This document shows positions 1-8,606 of a stretch of DNA of 22,963 nt, one piece after another. The stretch covers positions 1 to 22,963 of the forward strand of contig JAVYLC010000025.1 of assembly GCA_038741355.1 (NCBI GenBank). Direction: 5' to 3'. The notes under the pieces were generated by a model, which saw nothing but the letters and a program-made list of their open reading frames with translations, made no database searches and was not told the origin of the DNA. Position 1 is the first letter of the stretch. Each line of letters opens with the position of its first letter. The stretch is from Nitrososphaerota archaeon (lineage in GTDB: Archaea > Thermoproteota > Nitrososphaeria_A > Caldarchaeales > Calditenuaceae). A program made the translations under genes and the position numbers.

Positions 1-207
1 ATAACATGGTATGGAGGGTGCTGTCAACTTAAGGCCATCCACGCCCTTATCCACTTTTCTGAGACCTTTGGCCTATGCGCTGGGAAGTAGGGGTGGTTTT
101 GTTCAGTAGCTTACCGAGAGGTTCAGGGGGAGGTATGACACTACGGCGGGATGGAGGCTGAGAATACCAAAATATGTATAAATCGCTTTTCTATTTAGAG
201 GCTAACA

Positions 208-440
208 ATGGGAGGGAGAGTTAGAATAGCTCTATGGGTTGAGGATGGTATACCGTGTTTCAGCTATGAGGGGGTGGGGAGTCTCTGTTTATTCCATCGG
301 GCCATCTGCCACAGTATGGTAGGGGGGAGTGGTATTGTAGTAAATGTTGTCAGACCTTCTCCAACAGGGATAAATGCCCCAACTGCAACAAAGTATTAAG
401 GAAAAAACCGAGAAGAAAGAGAGCGTCCCAGAGTTTTTAA
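208..440 (+). pseudogene. Putative small zinc-ribbon protein with an interrupted reading frame (frame 1 open 208-399, frame 3 open 270-440)
   Basis: ATG at 208 lies about 28 nt downstream of a TATA-like TATAAAT (177-183). Frame 3 encodes ...EWYCSKCCQTFSNRDKCPNCNKVLRKKPRRKRASQSF* (CxxC...CxxC plus a basic tail) but has no ATG/GTG/TTG start. The two frames are both open across G-runs at 270-274, 277-280 and 322-327. Confidence 0.3.
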
Positions 441-454
441 CAATAGATGGTTGA

Positions 455-1339
455 CTATAATGTTCTACCCAGCGATTTGATCCCCAGCCACGATGATAGT
501 AGGTCTCCGAACAGATATGTAGCGGTTGCCGTACCTACCGTTAGCGCTATATTCATTACAATTTCTTTATGCGAATCTACGTCTCTTACAACAGTCCCAT
601 AGTAAGTGAAGCCGGCTATAAGAGCTATAGAAATGGCTATAGAGGCTGTAAAAGCTGTGAATATGTTGGCTGTCAGGAAGAATGGTAGGGCTTGGAGGAT
701 GACAGTTGAGATGTAGGTTATCCCGGTTAGTAGCGCCGCCCTAAAAGGAACTATGGCTGGGGCTTGCTTTGCTTGAAGATATACTGCTACCGCCATTGAT
801 ATTGAAGCCGCAAACCCGACGACGAGGCCAGCCATGCCTGCCAGAATGGTCACATTGGTGGCGCCCAAGAAGCCTGCATGAACCCCGCTGATCTCGATTA
901 TAGCGTCTGCAAGCCCTAAAACCACGTAGCCCAAGTATTTGATAATGCTCTCTTCAATCTGCCCGACGAGCATTTTTTCATGCTCTTCCTCTTCCCTCAT
1001 TATGTGGAATAGCGTCTCCCTCTCCTTAGAGGGGAGGGCATCGCTAAGCTCTTGATACCACCTAACCACTGACCTCTCATGCCTCTCTAATAGCCTTGCT
1101 ATGAAGACTAGGCCCAGCAGTCTTCTAAGCACTATCATGAGTCCGACCCTAAGCCTTGAAGGAGGCTTAGGCTGATAATTCGTGAGTTGAAGCCAAAACA
1201 TATAATGCTCATACTCTTTTTTGGAGAGGTTTGAAAGAATCTCTCTACGGGAAGTATCCCTTTCCGCATCTGCGAGAGATTTATAGATGACGTAGTCATT
1301 GTATTCGTCTACAACGTACTTCCTTAGCTCTGACTTCAA
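455..1339 (-). CDS. VIT1/CCC1-family iron/manganese transporter with an N-terminal ferritin-like domain
   Basis: 294 aa. The soluble N-terminal helical domain (EYNDYVIYKSLADAE...EYEHYMFW...EEEEHEKML) resembles the ferritin-like CCC1 N-domain. It is followed by glycine/alanine-rich transmembrane helices typical of VIT1. Confidence 0.7.
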   Translation of the reverse strand: MKSELRKYVVDEYNDYVIYKSLADAERDTSRREILSNLSKKEYEHYMFWLQLTNYQPKPPSRLRVGLMIVLRRLLGLVFIARLLERHERSVVRWYQELSDALPSKERETLFHIMREEEEHEKMLVGQIEESIIKYLGYVVLGLADAIIEISGVHAGFLGATNVTILAGMAGLVVGFAASISMAVAVYLQAKQAPAIVPFRAALLTGITYISTVILQALPFFLTANIFTAFTASIAISIALIAGFTYYGTVVRDVDSHKEIVMNIALTVGTATATYLFGDLLSSWLGIKSLGRTL

Positions 1340-1360
1340 CTATTTTTGAAAGGGTGCGAG

Positions 1361-1376
1361 GTATAATTTTTATATT
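1361..1376. promoter_or_regulatory. AT-rich TATA-like element shared by divergent genes (VIT1 on minus, rpl22 operon on plus)
   Basis: GTATAATTTTTATATT is centred near 1370, about 31 nt from both the minus-strand ATG (1339) and the plus-strand ATG (1403). Confidence 0.4.
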
Positions 1377-1402
1377 GCTTCAACAAATTAGGTGACTAGA
1401 AG

Positions 1403-1861
1403 ATGCCACAGTGGGAATATTCGGTGAAAGGACTGGACCCAGCTACCTCGGTCAAAGCCTCTCTTAGGGAGGTTGATTTATCTCCGAAGTGGAGCCGGGA
1501 GGTCTGCGCTGCGATAAAGGGGTTGAGGCTCCAAGATGCTAGGAGGCTTCTTGAGGATGTGGTGAAGGGGAAGAGGATGATACCATACCGCAGGTATAGA
1601 AAACTGAGGGCGCATCACTCCCAGACAAAGGGGCCTGGTGGATATCCTGTCAAGGTTGCGAGACAATTACTCAAACTTTTAGACTCTTTAGAGGCTAACG
1701 CCGAGTTCAAGGGCCTCGACACTGACCGGCTAGTAGTGGTGCATGCTCAAGCACATAAGGGGAGGATGGTAAAGAAGTTCTTCCCGAGAGCTTTTGGCAG
1801 GGCATCACCACATAATAGAACACTCGTACACATTGAGATAGCAGCGGTCCAGACTCCTTGA
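1403..1861 (+). CDS. rpl22: 50S ribosomal protein uL22
   Basis: 152 aa; the sequence ...ASLREVDLSPKWSREVCAAIKGLRLQDARRLLEDVV...IPYRRY... and its position before uS3 fit uL22. Confidence 0.93.
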   Translation: MPQWEYSVKGLDPATSVKASLREVDLSPKWSREVCAAIKGLRLQDARRLLEDVVKGKRMIPYRRYRKLRAHHSQTKGPGGYPVKVARQLLKLLDSLEANAEFKGLDTDRLVVVHAQAHKGRMVKKFFPRAFGRASPHNRTLVHIEIAAVQTP

Positions 1862-1892
1862 GCCTTTTTTAGCGGATCAATCCTTAAATAGA

Positions 1893-2540
1893 GTGGGAAT
1901 TGCTCAAGAAGGTAGATTGGTCACTACCACGGCCAAGATACTTCAGAAGAACATCAAGCGAGGGGAGGTAATAGAATTCATTAAGAACAGGTTAAAAGAC
2001 GCCTTAATCGGCGACGTGTCGATAACCACCTCACCAATCGGGACAAACATCATAATCTACTGCATGAAGCCGGGACTAGTTATAGGGACGCGGGGAAAAA
2101 CGATAAAATCTCTCCAAGATGAGGTGGAGAGGAGATTTGGGTTAGAGAATGTTCAGATTTCTGTCTCTGAGATTGAGGTCCCTGAGCTTAATCCTGAGGT
2201 AATGGCTCAGAGAATTGCTCAGGCTATTGCGAGCGGAGTTAGGTGGAGGAGGGTTGCCTTCTGGGCTTTGAGAAGAATAATGGACGCTGGAGCGATAGGC
2301 GCCGAGACGATAATATCAGGTAAGCTGACCTCGGCGCGTTCAAGATCGGAGAAATTCACCGCAGGATTCATGCCCAAGTCCGGTGAGTTCGCAAAGTACG
2401 TGCGTGTCGGGATAGCCCATGTCCAGCTTGCCACAGGAATATACGGTGTGAAGGTTAAAATCTATCCTCCTGACGCTCCGTTACCAGAGCAAGTCTCTGT
2501 TTCGGTGAAAAAAGAAGTAGAAGAGACTAGTGGTGCGTAA
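1893..2540 (+). CDS. rps3: 30S ribosomal protein uS3
   Basis: KH-domain signature PGLVIGTRGKTIKSLQDEVERRFG and operon position. The track start is GTG 1893; an alternative TTG at 1917 is possible. Confidence 0.92.
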   Translation: MGIAQEGRLVTTTAKILQKNIKRGEVIEFIKNRLKDALIGDVSITTSPIGTNIIIYCMKPGLVIGTRGKTIKSLQDEVERRFGLENVQISVSEIEVPELNPEVMAQRIAQAIASGVRWRRVAFWALRRIMDAGAIGAETIISGKLTSARSRSEKFTAGFMPKSGEFAKYVRVGIAHVQLATGIYGVKVKIYPPDAPLPEQVSVSVKKEVEETSGA

Positions 2541-2542
2541 GT

Positions 2543-2749
2543 ATGGTGAGAGAGGTTAGGGAACTGAGGGAGAAGAATGTGGATGAGTTGATGGAGGAGC
2601 TTGAGGCTGCACGGACAGAACTCCGTAACCTCCGAGTCAAGCTATCAATGGCGGGACAAGGCGAGAACACTTCAAACATCCGAAACCTCAAACGCAGAAT
2701 AGCGAGGATACTAACAATACTTAATGAAAAACAGCTTGAGAAGAAATAA
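2543..2749 (+). CDS. rpl29: 50S ribosomal protein uL29
   Basis: 68 aa helical protein (LREKNVDELMEELEAARTELRNLRVK...) immediately after uS3. Confidence 0.9.
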   Translation: MVREVRELREKNVDELMEELEAARTELRNLRVKLSMAGQGENTSNIRNLKRRIARILTILNEKQLEKK

Positions 2750-3029
2750 AAGAATAGTCTCGCTTATCGGATACCACTGCACATTAATCAAAAAGGCTGA
2801 CGGCTCGCGTTTGGACGGCTTAATAATAGGGGAGACCGCCAACACACTTCTAGTACAAACCCAGAAGGGCCCCAAGAGAATCCCTAAGAAGGGGCATATC
2901 TTCGAGATTGTGGTTGAAGGAGAAAAGATGATAGCTGATGGAGATGAGCTTGTAGGAAGGCCTGCGCAGAACCTTAAACGGATTCGACATAATTGGCTTA
3001 AACGCCCCCTGAGAAGGCTACAGGCCTAG
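2724..3029 (+). CDS. rnp1: RNase P protein component 1 (Rpp29/Pop4 homologue)
   Basis: 101 aa with GLIIGETANTLLVQTQKGPKRIPKKGHIFEI... It sits in the archaea-specific position between uL29 and uS17 and overlaps rpl29 by 26 nt. Confidence 0.85.
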   Translation: MKNSLRRNKRIVSLIGYHCTLIKKADGSRLDGLIIGETANTLLVQTQKGPKRIPKKGHIFEIVVEGEKMIADGDELVGRPAQNLKRIRHNWLKRPLRRLQA

Positions 3030-3081
3030 CGTTTATCCTTATTAAAACGGATATTGTTCTGATTTGTTAAAGGCTGGCTGA

Positions 3082-3441
3082 GTGGGGATGTCCGGAAGAC
3101 CGGTGGCGAACATAGGTATCGAAGTTAAGCCTCCCCAGGGCGAGTGTAACGACAAGAACTGCCCGTTTCACGGCTCACTAAGGGTGCGGGGCATCATATT
3201 TACAGGAAGGGTTCATAAAAAGCTTATGCAGAGAGCTATAGTCGTGGAGAGGATCATAACTATTTACGTCAAGAAGTATAAGAGGTATATGAGAAGGCGG
3301 TCAAGGATCTCAGCACATTTACCTCCATGCATCAACGTGGAAGTGGGGGATGTTGTAAGGATTGCGGAGACTAGACCTATTTCAAAGACCATAAGCTTCG
3401 TAGTAGTTGAGAATCTCGGGAGGGGTGGGGTAAGTGTCTAA
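3082..3441 (+). CDS. rps17: 30S ribosomal protein uS17
   Basis: 119 aa with ...CNDKNCPFHGSLRVRGIIFTGRV...GDVVRIAETRPISKT. The start is GTG 3082 or ATG 3088. Confidence 0.92.
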   Translation: MGMSGRPVANIGIEVKPPQGECNDKNCPFHGSLRVRGIIFTGRVHKKLMQRAIVVERIITIYVKKYKRYMRRRSRISAHLPPCINVEVGDVVRIAETRPISKTISFVVVENLGRGGVSV

Positions 3442-3868
3442 GAGGTCGAGGGCGGTTGCTGAAGTAGGCGTCCTGCTTCGGAGACCGAACATCCCTAGGA
3501 CCATCAATAAAGGAGCTTACGTGTTGTGTGCGGATAACACGGGAGCACAGGTTCTCAAAGTAATTCAGGTTATTGGTCTTAAGCAGAGGCTCAGAAGGCA
3601 GCCCGCTGCAGGGGTCGGCGACTTGGTGGCAGTGACTGTTAAAAAAGGGCCTATCGACTTAAGGAAGAAGGTCATGCACGCCGTTATTATTAGGCAGAAG
3701 AAACCGTACAGACGCCCGGATGGGACGTGGATTGCATTCGAGGACACCGCTGCTGTCCTTGTGACGCCTGAGGGGGATGTAAAGGGGTCTGAGATTAAGG
3801 GGCCAGTTGCCCGAGAGGCGGCTGAGAGATGGTCAAAGATAGCCAATATAGCATCTATAATAGTGTGA
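3434..3868 (+). CDS. rpl14: 50S ribosomal protein uL14
   Basis: 144 aa with ...LCADNTGAQVLKVIQV...GDLVAVTVKKG... GTG start overlapping the rps17 stop. Confidence 0.93.
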   Translation: MSKRSRAVAEVGVLLRRPNIPRTINKGAYVLCADNTGAQVLKVIQVIGLKQRLRRQPAAGVGDLVAVTVKKGPIDLRKKVMHAVIIRQKKPYRRPDGTWIAFEDTAAVLVTPEGDVKGSEIKGPVAREAAERWSKIANIASIIV

Positions 3869-3878
3869 TGGTGGGATA

Positions 3879-4244
3879 ATGAAACAAGTTTCGCGGTCAA
3901 AGGATCCTTCCAGGCAGAGACTCATGCTCCGTAATGCTCCGAAGCACGTCCTCCCCAAGTTAATGTCAGCCCACCTAGGTCCAGAGCTGAGGACAAAATA
4001 TGGGAGGCGGTCTCTCCCAATTAGGGTTGGAGACACTGTGAAAGTGATGAGGGGCGAGTATGATGGTGTTCAGGGAAAGGTTAAGAGAGTTAATAGGGAG
4101 AGGCAATGTGTGTATATTGAGGGGCTTACGAGGAGGCGCGCCGATGGAAGGGTCGTAGACATACCTGTCCACGTATCAAATCTAATGATTATTGCCTTGA
4201 ATCTCGATGACAGGCTTAGGAAAGAGAAGTTGGGTGAGGGGTAG
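3879..4244 (+). CDS. rpl24: 50S ribosomal protein uL24
   Basis: 121 aa with a KOW-like segment IRVGDTVKVMRGEYDGVQGKV, in the expected operon position. Confidence 0.92.
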   Translation: MKQVSRSKDPSRQRLMLRNAPKHVLPKLMSAHLGPELRTKYGRRSLPIRVGDTVKVMRGEYDGVQGKVKRVNRERQCVYIEGLTRRRADGRVVDIPVHVSNLMIIALNLDDRLRKEKLGEG

Positions 4245-4249
4245 GGGAT

Positions 4250-4966
4250 ATGCACCTCAAGAGGCTAGCCGCACCGAGTATTTACAAAACCCCTAGAAAA
4301 GGATACAAGTTCGCCCCGCGGCCAAGACCAGGCAGACACCCGCTCGACCAGTCCATACCACTTGCAATAATAGTGAGGGATTATCTAGGCTTCGCGGCAA
4401 CTTATGCGGAGGCGAAGAAAATCGTTCATTTAGGCAAGATTCTAGTCGATGGGGAGGTTATTACCGAGCCTAGGTTCGGCGTCGGTCTTATGGATGTAAT
4501 CTCGATACCTTCAATTGGAAAAAACTTTCGCCTCCTGCCTCGCTTCAAAAGGGGCCTTGAACTCTTAGATATCGGTGAGGATGAGTCAAAGGTTAAGCCT
4601 TGCCAAGTGAAGCGCAAACAGCACGTAAACGGTGGCAATATCCAGTTTACTCTCCATGATGGGAGAAATCTACAGTTCCCGCCTAACAGCCCAGAAGTCA
4701 GCTCCATTAAGACTGGAGATACATTTCTGATAGAGTTGCCGAGTCAGACAGTAAAGGCAGTTTTCAAGAGGGTTGAGGGATCATACTGCCTGGTCACCTC
4801 AGGCTCTAGGATGGGACTTCATGGAAAGATTGTCTCTATAGATGTTGAGAGGAGGTACCCGGCTAAGAGGCACGCGGTCATGGAGTCTAGCATAGGCAGA
4901 ATTACCACTATTATTGACTACTTTATGCCTGTTGGTGAGGATAGACCATGGATAGCACTATTCTAG
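4250..4966 (+). CDS. rps4e: 30S ribosomal protein eS4
   Basis: 238 aa with MHLKRLAAPSIYKTPRKGYKFAPRPRPGRHP... eS4 is specific to archaea and eukaryotes. Confidence 0.93.
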   Translation: MHLKRLAAPSIYKTPRKGYKFAPRPRPGRHPLDQSIPLAIIVRDYLGFAATYAEAKKIVHLGKILVDGEVITEPRFGVGLMDVISIPSIGKNFRLLPRFKRGLELLDIGEDESKVKPCQVKRKQHVNGGNIQFTLHDGRNLQFPPNSPEVSSIKTGDTFLIELPSQTVKAVFKRVEGSYCLVTSGSRMGLHGKIVSIDVERRYPAKRHAVMESSIGRITTIIDYFMPVGEDRPWIALF

Positions 4967-5472
4967 AGAATCCAATGCGTAGAATCAGGGTCAGTAAGGT
5001 GGTGGTCAACTCTTCCATCGGAGAGGGGGGCGTAAAGCTGGAGAGGGCGGTGAGGATACTCGAGATGCTGACCGGTCAAAAGCCATCGGTCAGAAAGGCT
5101 AAGAAGACTATTCGCGGGTTTGGGATAAGGAAGGGTGAACCGATTGCCGCGGTCGTGACACTGAGGGGTATGAGGGCGTTTGTGTTTCTCCGAAAGGCTT
5201 TGGCAGCAGTAGGTAACAGACTTTCCCGTAGCAACTTCGATGAATATGGAAACTTTGCTTTCGGCATAAAAGAGCACCTCGAGTTTCCGGGTACGAGGTA
5301 CGATCCCGAACTGGGTATAATCGGGATGGACGTTATAGTGCATCTAGCTAGGCCTGGATTAAGGGTTTCGACGAGGCGGATTAAACGGTCGCGGATTGGC
5401 AAATCCCACCGGCTTACACGGGAAGAGGGCATAGAATTCGTCAGAAACGAGTTTGGAACCCAGATAGACTGA
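4948..5472 (+). CDS. rpl5: 50S ribosomal protein uL5
   Basis: 174 aa with ...NPMRRIRVSKVVVNSSIGEGG...FGIKEHLEFPG...YDPELGIIGMDV... Overlaps rps4e by 19 nt. Confidence 0.93.
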   Translation: MDSTILENPMRRIRVSKVVVNSSIGEGGVKLERAVRILEMLTGQKPSVRKAKKTIRGFGIRKGEPIAAVVTLRGMRAFVFLRKALAAVGNRLSRSNFDEYGNFAFGIKEHLEFPGTRYDPELGIIGMDVIVHLARPGLRVSTRRIKRSRIGKSHRLTREEGIEFVRNEFGTQID

Positions 5473-5541
5473 GAATTTCAACAATCAAGATGCTGGAGAG
5501 GGTGCTACTCGTAGTCTCATAGATGGACCTTCGGCCAATTG

Positions 5542-5548
5542 TTATATA
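5542..5548 (+). promoter_or_regulatory. TATA-like box for the metzincin gene
   Basis: TTATATA lies about 33 nt upstream of ATG 5578. This implies an independent, near-leaderless transcription unit after rpl5. Confidence 0.4.
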
Positions 5549-5577
5549 CGGCGATACACTGTGGCCTAAGCAGACAC

Positions 5578-8172
5578 ATGGGATACTGGGTAGCCAGCAC
5601 CCTGCTAGCCCTTTTTCTATGCGCCATAATATGGGCGGGGATACCCTTCCCAATCATAGAGGCCTACCGGCTTCAGTATGATGGGGTGGGAAATAGCTCA
5701 CAGATTAGCGTCGAGTTATCTAGTGGGGAAAGCATTGAGGTTATTGGGGGATGGAGTAAGTCCACCCTAACAGTCCTCATTGTCCCTAGCGTAGACGAAC
5801 GTTTTACGAGTTGGGCCGGCAGGGCTGTCGACTGGTGGAGGAGAGCAATAGAGACTTTCACAGCACTTTACGGCTACGAGTATTTGAATAGGCTTGAGTT
5901 TGTGAAGCTGGTTCGAGGAGTAAACGGAACATCGGGTGACATCGTCGTAGAATATGTGGAAAACCTTGGGGGACGGATATGCGGTGTAACGTACCTCAGC
6001 GCAGTTTCTGGAGAGATTAGACAAGCATTAGTTCAACTATCTCTAGAATGTATTAGGGGTCGAGAAGAGTATGCGCTTGTAGTTGCGATGCATGAGCTTG
6101 GTCATGCACTGGGATTAGGGCACACTACCGACTCGATAGACTTGATGTACGAATACCTAGTCCCCGGCTCAAGGCCCTCCACGCTGAATCTCTACGCCTT
6201 GGCAGTAATCTACGCATGGCTCGAGCAAGGAATCTTCAAAAGCCCCCCAGATACAGTGACCCTGCCGGCGGGCATTGATTATATCCAGATTTTAGACGTG
6301 AAAGGGGAGCCTGTCAAATTCAGGATAAGAATATTCCTGCTACTTGGAGATAACGAGAGTCTCTATAGAACAATATTCGTACCCGCCGGTCAGAGCTTCA
6401 CTATAAACGTCAACACGATGATCCAAGACGCGGACAACGCCTTGGAGAGGTATATCTTCACCAGTTGGAGGATTAGAGGGTCAGGACAAACACTCTCTAC
6501 AAGTACTTCCCTAACCCTCAAGCCGACCGGCCACGCAGACTATATCGCAGTGTATGATGTCGAGTACAGGGTGGTTGTTGAATATCCTAACGGCACTATT
6601 CTCGACGACTGGATTAGAAGGGGCGATAGGGTATCAGTTAACGCCACCGAGGTGATGTATCTATCTGTTGATGAGAGACTGGTCTTTGTCCGGTGGAGTG
6701 GCGCGATAAACAGCACCAACGTTAGGCTTGAGCTTGTCGTGGAGTCGCCAATTCACCTGTATGCGGTTTATAGAAAGGAGTTTCTTGTCGAGGTTGCATC
6801 CGACTTTGGTGAGCCCACGGTCTCAGGGTGGTGGCCGGAGGGGGCGCTCCTCAACATAACAATCAACCCCAGCATCGTATACCTCTCCGAAGATGCAAGA
6901 GTTGTGCTAAGAGGATTCAACGGCTCCCATATAACCCAAACACCCTACCTGCTGATCAACCTAACAGAGCCTGTACATCTATCCGCGGTCTGGAAACAGC
7001 AGTCTCTCGTGACGATCAAGAGTACGGGGGGAGAGCTACAAGAGTACATATGGGCAGACAACGCGTCCAGAATAACGGTCACCGTGCCCAGAGAGATTTT
7101 CTGGGATAACGGGTCAAAGGCTGTCTTCACGGGCTGGCTAAATCCGGATCTGGGCCCAGAGCCCACGCAGAGTCTGACAATTACCGGTGCTAGGGTCTTA
7201 ACCCCATTGTATGAGAGGTATTATCTCGTAGAAGTTGTTTCTGGTGTGAAGGTGGATGTACCGCCCAACTGGTATAGGCGTGGGGAAGTCTTTGAGTTTG
7301 AGGCCCCTGGCACGGTGGAGCTGGATGACGGGTTAAGAGCCGTATTTCTCGGAACCTCTGAAGGGGCTGGGGATACGTTGAGGTTTGTAGTCCAGTGGCC
7401 AAAAACTATAGTGCTGTATTGGAGAGAGGAGGCACGGATAACGATTAAAAATCCGGCGATAGGAGTGGATAAAATAATCTGGGCCCCTATAAACCACACC
7501 ATCGTGCTGGATACACCGTCCATAATACCTGTCAGCCCACGTGAGGCGTTCGAGTTCGTCAAATGGACCGGTGGACTTGAGTCAGGAGAGAGAACCATTT
7601 CGATCACGGTTAATGGAGGCATCGAGCTCAGACCCGAATATAGGAGAATATATCGCGTCGTGTTTAACACCTCACCTTCACTTAGTGTTGAGTTACTGCT
7701 TCAAGAGCCGTCGGGCAAGCTCTACTGGGTGCGGAGTGGTGAGTCGGCTTGGCTACCGGAGGGCCGCCTAGCAATTAAAGGGGTGTACTGGGAAGGCCTC
7801 GAGGTTAAGAATGCCTCTGAAGTATATGTCAACGGGCCGGGCGCTTACCAGGTTAAACTAGCCGTGAGAAGCTTGGATGTCGAAGTTTTAGACATGCTCG
7901 GCCTACCCGCGCCCTACTACGAGGTGCAAGCCCTCCGCCCGGATACCGTTGTAGAATCCCGCGCTTTTTCAGACTCTGCCGGGCTAGCTAGGCTGAATGC
8001 CGTCAGCTCATCGGCTAGCGAAATAGAGGCTAGATGGATGGTTTTTGAGGTCTCTGCAAAGCCAGGCCCGCAGAGAGTGCAGGTTAGGGCTCCAGTAAGC
8101 TTCTATACTCTTCTCCTAGCATCCACCGTGTTGATTTCTATATCTGCGATACTGGCTTATAGGCGGTTCTAG
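5578..8172 (+). CDS. Membrane-anchored extracellular zinc metalloprotease (matrixin/M10-like metzincin) with tandem B-repeat-like domains
   Basis: The N-terminal hydrophobic segment is [21 protein letters not shown]. The metzincin signature [12 protein letters not shown] is at 6091-6126, with a Met-turn DLMY shortly after. About 7 repeats of 70-75 aa follow, then a CarboxypepD_reg-like beta domain (7876-8088) and a C-terminal transmembrane helix with RRF tail (8095-8169). The ORF track starts at TTG 5539; ATG 5578 is preferred. Confidence 0.8.
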   Translation: MGYWVASTLLALFLCAIIWAGIPFPIIEAYRLQYDGVGNSSQISVELSSGESIEVIGGWSKSTLTVLIVPSVDERFTSWAGRAVDWWRRAIETFTALYGYEYLNRLEFVKLVRGVNGTSGDIVVEYVENLGGRICGVTYLSAVSGEIRQALVQLSLECIRGREEYALVVAMHELGHALGLGHTTDSIDLMYEYLVPGSRPSTLNLYALAVIYAWLEQGIFKSPPDTVTLPAGIDYIQILDVKGEPVKFRIRIFLLLGDNESLYRTIFVPAGQSFTINVNTMIQDADNALERYIFTSWRIRGSGQTLSTSTSLTLKPTGHADYIAVYDVEYRVVVEYPNGTILDDWIRRGDRVSVNATEVMYLSVDERLVFVRWSGAINSTNVRLELVVESPIHLYAVYRKEFLVEVASDFGEPTVSGWWPEGALLNITINPSIVYLSEDARVVLRGFNGSHITQTPYLLINLTEPVHLSAVWKQQSLVTIKSTGGELQEYIWADNASRITVTVPREIFWDNGSKAVFTGWLNPDLGPEPTQSLTITGARVLTPLYERYYLVEVVSGVKVDVPPNWYRRGEVFEFEAPGTVELDDGLRAVFLGTSEGAGDTLRFVVQWPKTIVLYWREEARITIKNPAIGVDKIIWAPINHTIVLDTPSIIPVSPREAFEFVKWTGGLESGERTISITVNGGIELRPEYRRIYRVVFNTSPSLSVELLLQEPSGKLYWVRSGESAWLPEGRLAIKGVYWEGLEVKNASEVYVNGPGAYQVKLAVRSLDVEVLDMLGLPAPYYEVQALRPDTVVESRAFSDSAGLARLNAVSSSASEIEARWMVFEVSAKPGPQRVQVRAPVSFYTLLLASTVLISISAILAYRRF
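6307..7875 (+). repeat. About 7 tandem protein-level repeats (about 70-75 aa each) inside the metzincin gene
   Basis: Each unit is y-x-V-x-V ... W ... G ... aromatic-x-x-W-x-G ... L-x-a-x-Y. Examples are [12 protein letters not shown]...[17 protein letters not shown]...[17 protein letters not shown]...LTPLY and [12 protein letters not shown]...LRPEY. The pattern resembles divergent InlB B-repeat (Flg_new-like) domains. The repeats are divergent at the DNA level. Confidence 0.7.
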
Positions 8173-8606
8173 CGCCTCGGCTTCTTAGCCTTACCCAGAA
8201 CAAGCAACTTTAGAGGGACGCCGTTGACGGTAACCACCTCGTATCTGACCCCTGGCAAGTCGCCGTAGCTCTTGCCCAGGGTTCCTCCAATCCCCTGAAT
8301 AATCACCTCATCGTGCTCGTCAACTACGTTCAGCGCCCCGTCGCCAGGCAGGAAGGCGGTCACAACCTTCCCATTCTTCGTCAACTGCACACGGACACAC
8401 TTCCTAACAGCGCTGTTTGGTTGCCTCGACTCTATCCCTTTCTTCTCGATTACGATTCCCTTCGCCATGGGGGCTCCCTCCAGGGGATCAAACTTCTCCT
8501 TGAGGTTAAGCATCCTAATCTTGTATCGCCTCTGACTCCACCTAAACCTCTTCCTAACCTTAATCAGCTGCCTCGCCGCGAACTCCCCATTCCCCATTTC
8601 TGCCAT
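8169..8606 (-). CDS. rps12: 30S ribosomal protein uS12
   Basis: 145 aa with ...[42 protein letters not shown]... Confidence 0.95.
   Translation of the reverse strand: MAEMGNGEFAARQLIKVRKRFRWSQRRYKIRMLNLKEKFDPLEGAPMAKGIVIEKKGIESRQPNSAVRKCVRVQLTKNGKVVTAFLPGDGALNVVDEHDEVIIQGIGGTLGKSYGDLPGVRYEVVTVNGVPLKLLVLGKAKKPRR

Noticed and set aside
1-207. Possible end of an upstream gene (frame 1 open to 90), start of a minus-strand gene, or an ncRNA.
   Set aside because: The open frames are too short and motif-less, and I could identify no convincing secondary structure or RNA-family signature.
5539-5577. TTG start at 5539 for the metzincin gene, as in the ORF track.
   Set aside because: The TTATATA box lies inside this extension (5542-5548). 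ATG 5578 gives a clean N-terminal hydrophobic signal or anchor.
5974-5988. RICGV, reminiscent of the MMP cysteine-switch PRCGVPD.
   Set aside because: It lies only about 37 residues before HELGH, inside the catalytic domain. That position is where the edge strand equivalent to GGTLAHAF sits, not in a propeptide, so the resemblance is probably coincidental.
7221-7670. A 149-aa minus-strand ORF, and other short ORFs, inside the metzincin gene.
   Set aside because: They are fully nested antisense to a CDS with clear domain structure and have no recognisable motif. They are likely chance open frames.
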